Part shown: piece by piece, positions 1-5,264 of the stretch
Layout: each line of letters starts with the position of its first letter
Position numbering within the stretch: position 1 is the first letter of the stretch
Virus record (IMG/VR): IMGVR_UViG_2711768008_000020
DNA length: 5,264 nt
Reading direction: 5' to 3' (one strand)
Source of the DNA: a virus
Lineage: Duplodnaviria > Heunggongvirae > Uroviricota > Caudoviricetes
Notes under the pieces: model-generated
What the model was told of the DNA's origin: nothing
The model's input: the letters and a program-made list of their open reading frames with translations, nothing else
Databases searched by the model: none
Translations under genes and position numbers: made by a program

Positions 1-35
1 GAACAGGAGGGACAGCTGATAGAAACAGAAGCCAC
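1..35 (-). CDS. insA: IS1 InsA, N-terminal 11 codons only (partial, runs off window start)
   Basis: Minus-strand reading from GTG at 33-35 gives MASVSISCPSC, the InsA N-terminus as I recall it. GAGGTG Shine-Dalgarno (plus-strand cacctc at 41-46) sits 5 nt upstream. Confidence 0.7.
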   Translation of the reverse strand, partial: MASVSISCPSC

Positions 36-90
36 TGGAGCACCTCAAAAACACCATCATACACTAAATCAGTAAGTTGGCAGCATCACC
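1..90 (-). mobile_element. IS1: IS1 insertion sequence, left terminal portion (terminal inverted repeat at 68-90 plus 5' end of insA); element continues beyond window start
   Basis: Bases 1-90 are the reverse complement of the IS1 left end as I recall it (GGTGATGCTGCCAACTTACTGAT ... GAGGTGCTCCAGTGGCTTCTGTTTCTATCAGCTGTCCCTCCTGTTC). Element boundary is at 90/91. Identification is from memory of the IS1 sequence, not a database search. Confidence 0.8.
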
Positions 91-409
91 AGCCTTCTTG
101 AGGCTACCACCTGTTTTCAGGTGTCATTCAGACGTGATTTGCCCCAGATTGGGAAAGCACGCTTTTTTCTCAGCTATCGTCCTCTTATTTTGCCGTTACA
201 TTTCTTTTTGCATTCTAATGATTAATTTACAATAATAATATCGGTAATTATTGAGTAATAATAAATTAATTATTGCAAATGTAATTTAATTCCATCTTCG
301 CGTTATATTCCAATCTTTAATCTCCGCATGGAACAAGTTGCATGCGTGACTATATTAAGACGACTTATAACCACCAAAACATTTGCTTTGCAAGCAAAAA
401 CAGTGACCA

Positions 410-438
410 TTGACTCTAAGAAAATTCCGATCTATTGT
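410..438 (+). promoter_or_regulatory. Candidate sigma70-like promoter (TTGACT, 17-bp spacer, TATTGT)
   Basis: TTGACT at 410-415 and TATTGT at 433-438 with a 17-bp spacer. AT-rich DNA produces such hexamers by chance, so this is weak. Confidence 0.2.
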
Positions 439-722
439 TAGGGTCATCAAAGTTACTTAACAGTATTCCGAAATGAAAATACAAAGCAAGCTAATTGTCT
501 TATTAAACATTATTATTGCATTTATATTATTTGAGCTTTTAGCTCAAAAATTTGGTTTGAGTACATTATTTTAAAGCAAGATAAACAATATCGGGCACTC
601 TAGTTTTTATAATTAACAATTAAACGTCCATAAAATGTTATTTACTTTTCTTCGCTATTGTCATATCTTAATATAGTGGCTTACGCCACTCTACTTTCAT
701 CACATTTTGTACGTTTATGTAC

Positions 723-756
723 TCGCCATGAAGCTCTTTCATGGCGATTTTTTATT
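723..756 (+). terminator. Rho-independent terminator on the plus strand, convergent on the 3' end of tfa
   Basis: Perfect 10-bp stem (723-732 tcgccatgaa pairing with 738-747 ttcatggcga), 5-nt loop gctct, followed by TTTTTTATT (748-756). No comparable U-tract follows the hairpin on the minus strand. Confidence 0.55.
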
Positions 757-839
757 CTTAATCCAAGAACATACTCCCTACCTATAGCAAAATCACTTTT
801 TTAACAAAAGAATAACGTATTTAGGTAATCATTACGAAT

Positions 840-1421
840 TTACCCTATAGGTGCTACTGGCCATTCAATATCCGGTGCAGTTGATGTATCAACACGGTTC
901 AGCAACACCCGATACTTTTTCCAAGCTTCCAGCAACAAGGTTTCTTTCTCCGTTGCGATCTCCAGATCCACAGCATCCTGAAGCGGCGCTATATGCTCAC
1001 TGGCTACCTGCATCAGGCTGTTTTTTGTTTCTTCCGCCTCCCGGATCCGGAACAGTTTTTCTGCTTCCGTATCCTTCACCCAGGCTGTGCCGTTCCACTT
1101 CTGAAACTCCCCTTCCGGGGATAACCAGGTGACATTTTCCGGTAATGAGCCGAGTTCAGAAATAAATAACGCGTCGCCGGAAGCCACGTCATAAACCGTT
1201 TTACCCCGATGATCTTCAACGAGATGCCACGATGACTCATCACTGTTGAAAACAGCCACGAAACCAGCCGGAATATCTGGCGGTGCAATATCGGTACTGT
1301 TTGCAGGCAGACCTGTATGAGGCGGAATATATGCGTCACCTTCACCAATAAATTCATTAGTTCCGGCCAGCAGGTTATAAATTTTTATGGTCCGTGGTTG
1401 TTCACTCATTCTGAATGCCAT
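840..1421 (-). CDS. tfa: Tail fibre assembly protein (lambda Tfa / TfaE / TfaR family chaperone)
   Basis: 193-aa ORF starting [62 protein letters not shown], matching lambda-type Tfa as I recall it. ATG at 1419-1421 overlaps the stf stop by one base (TAATG). GAGG lies 8 nt upstream of the ATG. Stop TAA at 840-842. Confidence 0.92.
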   Translation of the reverse strand: MAFRMSEQPRTIKIYNLLAGTNEFIGEGDAYIPPHTGLPANSTDIAPPDIPAGFVAVFNSDESSWHLVEDHRGKTVYDVASGDALFISELGSLPENVTWLSPEGEFQKWNGTAWVKDTEAEKLFRIREAEETKNSLMQVASEHIAPLQDAVDLEIATEKETLLLEAWKKYRVLLNRVDTSTAPDIEWPVAPIG

Positions 1422-4400
1422 TATGCAAGCCTCACAATATAGTTAAATGCGATGTTTTTGACGGTGTTTTCCGCGTTACCAGCAGCGTTAACGGTGATGG
1501 TGTGTCCATGTGAACCAATCGCAACAGAGTGCGTATGAGCACCAATACCGACAGTATGCGCGTGTGCACCCGCAGATGCTGCTGTGCCGGACAGTGAGTG
1601 TGTATGGTTTCCTTCTGNNNNNNNNNNNNNNNNNNNNNNNNNNNNNNNNNNNNNNNNNNNNNNNNNNNNNNNNNNNNNNNNNNNNNNNNNNNNNNNNNNN
1701 NNNNNNNNNNNNNNNNNNNNNNNNNNNNNNNNNNNNNNNNNNNNNNNNNNNNNNNNNNNNNNNNNNNNNNNNNNNNNNNNNNNNNNNNNNNNNNNNNNNN
1801 GCCACTGGTTAATGAGCCACTGATACCAACCTGATTAGTCCCGCTAACTTGAGTACTCCCTGCCGGAAACATTCCAGTAGGTTGACTCCCGCTATTCGTT
1901 CTGGGCCCAGTCTGACTATGTTGGTGGGCCCCAGCTGAACTTGTAGAGCCGCTCAGACTGTGCGTATGCGCCCCGGTGTTATTCGTGGATTTAGTGCCGT
2001 AATCAAACGACGATGTGGTTTTCGTCCCCAAATCCGTACTGGATGCGCTGGCGCTGTGGGTGTGCGATTTAATGCCATCCTGTTCCTGAGACAATACGGC
2101 ACGACCACTGGCGGGCTTGCCCTTAATCGTCCAGCCACGCATATCAGGGATCACGCCTGACGGATAAGCGGCTGCAAGTTTCGGGTAAGCAGATTTGTCA
2201 AAAGTCTGCCCCTGCATCAGGGCATAACCAGACGGAACGGTATCTGATGGCCACGGGATTGGTGCACCGACTGGATAAAACTCTGCAGGAGGATGAGCCG
2301 AGGTGTAAAGCTGCGCCCACGGCGACCAGTTTGCGTCGGTCGTATCCCGTCGTGAACGAATAAATGCCGGAGCATGAGCACCGCTTGTACCACTCCAGCC
2401 GATGAGTAACTCACCTTCGCCAACGGCTGTCATCCCTTTCAGGTGAATGATATTTCCATACGCTGTTGGATATCCGTTGTTATACACCTCGTATAACTCA
2501 AGACCTGCTGCCCCCTGCGTATTGTCTGTCAGCGCGGCTACCCGACCTTTTGAAGCCAGATTAACTGATGATACTGCTGTTCCACCTGACGGTAGCGCCC
2601 CGATCTCTGATGCCGTTGGCTTATTTCTGGAGTTATAGTCCCTTCGCCAGCCAGGTGAATAATCTGTTCCGTGATTAATATAGGTAAACTGGGCGTTGGT
2701 TGTTCCGCCACCGCTGGATGTGGTCGGAGTGGTAATGCGGATCGTCATCGCTGACTTTATCCCCATTACTTCAATGACAGCTCCGGCGAGATGAATATTA
2801 CCGCAGCCAGTATCAGTAATGATTTTATTATTGCCATAAGACCAGGAACCCTTGCACATCCAGTATGGATGGTTAAATGCTCCCTGAGAATCCAGCCACT
2901 CGATAAACTGTGCAGTCGTCCAGTTTCCTGTTGTTGTGCTTACTGACCCACCGAAGGCACGGCAGGCACCAATATTTTTCGTAAAGGTGTCTTTGCCAGG
3001 GATATCCGCACCGTTCTGATCTTTCTGCAGACGTTTCTCAGCATTGTCATTGGCTGCTTTTACTGCCTTTGGCGTTGCCGCCAGCGTTTCAGACGTGCTG
3101 TTGGTCGCGCTGCTTAGCTGGATTATCCCTTTCTGTGCTGTCGTTGCATCCTGTGCGGTGTATTTCCCGTTAGCCAGGTCATACGCGGCCTTAACGGCTT
3201 TTGGCGTTGCCGCCTGTGACTCGGAAGTGCTGTTAGTCGCACTGCTGAGCTGTACTATCCCCTTTTTCGTCGTGCTCGCATCCTCAAGCGCCACGGCGGA
3301 TGCAANTTTTGCCGCTGTCTCAGCGCGCGTTGCTGCAGATTCCGCCGTACTTTTGCTCTGAGCTGCCGCCGTCGCACTGCCAGCTGCCTCTGTCGCCTTC
3401 GTGGATGCCGTCGTGGCGCTGCCCTTCGCTGCTGACGCCTGTCTGGTCGCCTCATCTTTTGAAGCAGACGCCGATGATGCCGATGACGCCGCCGAACTGG
3501 CGGACGATGCGGCAGCCGTTTTTGAGGATTCTGCACGGGTTTCCGACGCTTTCGCGTTCGTTTCGGATGTCTTCGCTGCGGAAGCTGACCTCGCTGCTGC
3601 CGTGGCCTGCTCAGTGGCTTCGCCAGCCTTCGTTGTGGCTGTTGAAGCGGATGATGCGGCGCTTTCTGCCGATTTTCCGGCGGCGGTGGCACTGGCTGAG
3701 GCCTGCCCGGCACTTGTTGACGCGGCGCTGGCAGACGACGCAGCCGCTGTTTTTGAGCCTGCCGCAGCTGAGGCACTCTGTCCCGCTGCCGTTTCAGAAG
3801 ACCTGGCGTTCGTCTCGGACGTTTTGGCCGCCTTCGCAGAATTTGCAGCCGCCGTCGCCGAGGAAGCTGCGCTACTGGCGCTTGATGATGCGTTCGTTTC
3901 TGATGATTTTGCCGCCTCTTTTGAAGCCGACGCATCCCGGGCTGAGGTGGCAGCTTCTGACGCTTTCGTGGTCGCGGTGGATGCAGAAGTGGCTGCTGAT
4001 TGTTGTGACGCTGCCGCATTCGTTTCTAACGTTTTCGCCGCACCGGCACTGGTAGCCGCCGCGCTTTTTGAGGACTCTGCAGCGGCAGCACTTTTTGAGG
4101 CTTCAGTGGCCTTTGTTGATGCCGTTCCTGCGCTGGAAGACGCTGACTGAGCCGACGAAGCGGCCTGTCCGGCTGACGTGCTGGCTGCACGTGCTGAATC
4201 TGCAGCATCAGTCGCATGGGTTGCCGCCTCACGGGCTGATGTGCTGGCATCGCTGGCTGATTTCTTCGCGGCTGCCGTGTTCTGTGCCACCGCGGACGCG
4301 TTACGCGCCACCTCTTCCACCATCAGCTCAAAACGGCGCAGAGCCTCCGGACGGGCATCATCCTCCGTCATGGCACCGAGAAAATCATTCAGCGTACCGG

Positions 4401-4647
4401 GTCGGGAATCTTCATACACGGTGATGGTCCCGGCATGTGACGGCGGGAATCCCTCCACCAACAGAATAACGCTGTACTGCCCGTACTCAACGTCCATGCT
4501 GTAACGCCCGGCTTCATCCGGATTTTCTGAGGCCAGCGTGTTCACCACCACCGTGGTGCTGTTACGTTTTGCTTTCAGCTGGATTGTGCAGTTCTGTACC
4601 GGTTTTCCTGTGCCGTCTTTCAGTACACCTGAAATCTTTACTGCCAT
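1421..4647 (-). CDS. stf: Side tail fibre protein (lambda Stf / StfR-like), mosaic, interrupted by an assembly gap
   Basis: N-terminus [26 protein letters not shown] from ATG at 4645-4647 (the track's extra MN comes from an upstream GTG). It is followed by a long Ala/Ser/Thr-rich region, a duplicated KGI(V/I)[20 protein letters not shown] motif and a central domain. Downstream of the gap the correct frame reads ...[60 protein letters not shown] and stops at TAA 1421-1423. The track ORF ending at 1432 reads the last ~62 codons in the wrong frame because the 183-N gap is not the true length. Confidence 0.9.
1618..1800. other. Assembly/scaffold gap (183 N) inside the stf coding sequence
   Basis: Uninterrupted run of n from 1618 to 1800. 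Flanking coding frames differ by one base, so the real missing length is not 183. Confidence 0.97.
3052..3272. repeat. Direct tandem duplication (~132-bp period) inside stf encoding two copies of a tail-fibre repeat motif
   Basis: Core ttggcgttgccgcc occurs at 3069-3082 and 3201-3214 with similar flanks. The two copies translate on the minus strand to [27 protein letters not shown] and [27 protein letters not shown]. Confidence 0.7.
3300..4305. repeat. Low-complexity Ala/Ser/Thr-rich coding repeat region of stf (fibre shaft)
   Basis: About 330 codons dominated by A/S/T with recurring motifs ([27 protein letters not shown]). GCN-rich DNA on both strands generates three long shadow ORFs in other frames. 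Confidence 0.65.
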
Positions 4648-4656
4648 ATTCACCCC

Positions 4657-4685
4657 ACAAAAAAGCCCGCCTGAACCGGCGGGCT
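4657..4685 (-). terminator. Rho-independent terminator downstream of lom, immediately upstream of the stf ribosome-binding site
   Basis: Minus-strand AGCCCGCC (4678-4685), loop GGTTCA, GGCGGGCT (4664-4671), then TTTTTTGT, giving a perfect 8-bp GC-rich stem. It lies 26 nt after the lom stop (TGA, 4712-4714) and runs directly into GGGGTGAAT-ATG of stf. Confidence 0.6.
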
Positions 4686-4711
4686 GTCATAACACTGTGT
4701 TACCTGGCTAA

Positions 4712-5264
4712 TCAGAATTTATAACCGACACCCACGATGAAACCGTCAGTGCGCCAGTCACCACTGCCGGAACCTTCATAAGCGACATCAATGGCCACGG
4801 ACTCGGTCGGGTTAAACTGCACGCCAGCCCCCCACGCCAGAGACGTGTTGCTGTGGCGACCGTCATCACTTCCGGTCAGCACATCGTGCGTTTTCCCCTT
4901 ATTGTCAGTTACGCGGATATAATCCCCGGAAAAAGTCGACACACGGCTGTAAGCCACACCCGCCATCGCATACGCGCTGAACCATTCATTCACGCGCACA
5001 GACGGCCCCGCCATCACGCTGAACCAGCGGTTACGCACGGAATCTTCATACCAGCGGGTATCGCTGTAACGGGTCAGCTGGCGATTCTTGTCTCCTGCAT
5101 AGCTGAACGACGTCACCATCCCCAGTGTGTCCGTAAACTCATAACGGTATTTCACGTTAATCCCGTTCAGATCATCACTGCCGGGAACGTTCGTCGAGGC
5201 ATGAAGATACCCCGCGCTCAGCGTGGACTGATGTTCAGACGCCCATGCAGGCGCACCGGATACG
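4712..5264 (-). CDS. lom: Lom/Ail/PagC-family outer-membrane beta-barrel protein, partial (N-terminus beyond window end)
   Basis: Reading frame is open from the window edge to TGA at 4712-4714. C-terminus ...DVAYEGSGSGDWRTDGFIVGVGYKF and internal GINVKYRYE, VMAGP, SAYAMAGVA motifs match lambda Lom as I recall it. The track's start at 5155 is an internal GTG. Confidence 0.85.
   Translation of the reverse strand, partial: VSGAPAWASEHQSTLSAGYLHASTNVPGSDDLNGINVKYRYEFTDTLGMVTSFSYAGDKNRQLTRYSDTRWYEDSVRNRWFSVMAGPSVRVNEWFSAYAMAGVAYSRVSTFSGDYIRVTDNKGKTHDVLTGSDDGRHSNTSLAWGAGVQFNPTESVAIDVAYEGSGSGDWRTDGFIVGVGYKF

Larger units (their letters stand above)
91..839. other. AT-rich accessory/intergenic segment between the IS1 end and the tfa stop, with no ORF long enough to appear in the supplied track
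   Basis: Visibly AT-rich (long runs such as aataataatat, taataataaattaattattg), in sharp contrast to the GC-rich stf gene. The supplied six-frame track lists no ORF anywhere in 1-839. Confidence 0.6.

Noticed and set aside
1-75. Plus-strand open reading frame running from the window start to TAA at 73-75 (...QKHHHTLNQ)
   Set aside because: It is antisense to the IS1 terminus and insA start. 24 stop-free codons is not significant, and no start codon is in view.
91-839. CRISPR array or tRNA gene in the AT-rich segment
   Set aside because: No regularly spaced direct repeats of CRISPR size, and no GC-rich cloverleaf-capable stretch. Only isolated hairpins and one short repeated 9-mer.
721-842. 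Intrinsic terminator for the stf-tfa transcript on the minus strand
   Set aside because: The 723-747 hairpin is followed by a U-tract only on the plus strand; on the minus strand it is followed by AGTACATAAACG, so no clear tfa terminator is visible.
851-1357. Track ORFs 851-1132 (+) and 1076-1357 (-) inside tfa
   Set aside because: Alternate-frame and antisense shadows of the well-supported tfa CDS, with no independent start signals.
840-1421. Pin/Gin-type invertase and invertible tail-fibre segment expected next to tfa in e14/rac-type prophages
   Set aside because: No invertase ORF or inverted crossover sites in the window. The region after tfa is AT-rich DNA with no track ORF, followed by IS1.
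1432-1617. C-terminal 62 residues of track ORF 1432-4653 ([17 protein letters not shown]...HLTIL)
   Set aside because: Wrong frame caused by the placeholder gap length. The +1 frame gives the recognisable Stf C-terminus ending AFNYIVRLA with a stop overlapping the tfa ATG.
1488-1834. Track ORFs 1488-1805 (-), 1510-1812 (+), 1584-1823 (+), 1598-1834 (+) consisting mostly of X
   Set aside because: Artefacts of translating through the 183-N gap.
1953-3361. Track ORFs 1953-2138 (-), 1960-2160 (+), 2217-2423 (-), 2447-2638 (+), 3044-3361 (+)
   Set aside because: All lie within stf in other frames or on the opposite strand. They are short and lack ribosome-binding sites.
4026-4504. Track ORFs 4026-4250 (-), 4068-4424 (+), 4178-4504 (+)
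   Set aside because: Shadow ORFs within the GC-rich N-terminal and shaft-coding part of stf, with composition typical of out-of-frame reading.
1421-4647. Diversity-generating retroelement targeting the tail fibre
   Set aside because: The internal repeats are in-frame tandem protein repeats, not a template/variable repeat pair, and no reverse transcriptase gene is present.
4648-4653. Upstream GTG (4651-4653) giving the track's MNM N-terminal extension of Stf
   Set aside because: ATG at 4645-4647 gives the canonical MAVKISG N-terminus and has better spacing to the GGGG Shine-Dalgarno-like sequence; the GTG would sit inside it.

Overview
This window is a reverse-oriented lambdoid prophage tail-fibre module with all three genes on the minus strand. 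It holds a partial lom-family outer-membrane protein gene (4712-5264), a ~1075-codon mosaic side tail fibre gene stf (1421-4647) and the tail fibre assembly gene tfa (840-1421). stf is broken by a 183-N assembly gap (1618-1800) and one ambiguous base (3306); stf and tfa are joined by a TAATG stop/start overlap. Downstream of tfa is a ~750-bp strongly AT-rich segment (91-839) with no ORF long enough to appear in the track, ending at the left terminus of an IS1 element (1-90, minus strand; recognised from memory, not searched). Almost all other ORFs in the track are alternate-frame shadows of stf/tfa or gap artefacts. The best candidate for something undescribed is the AT-rich segment: it carries a strong plus-strand intrinsic terminator convergent on tfa, promoter-like hexamers and small hydrophobic ORFs, which may mark a small RNA or small-protein locus. 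None of that is proven from sequence alone, and I found no defence system, CRISPR array, retroelement or invertase.
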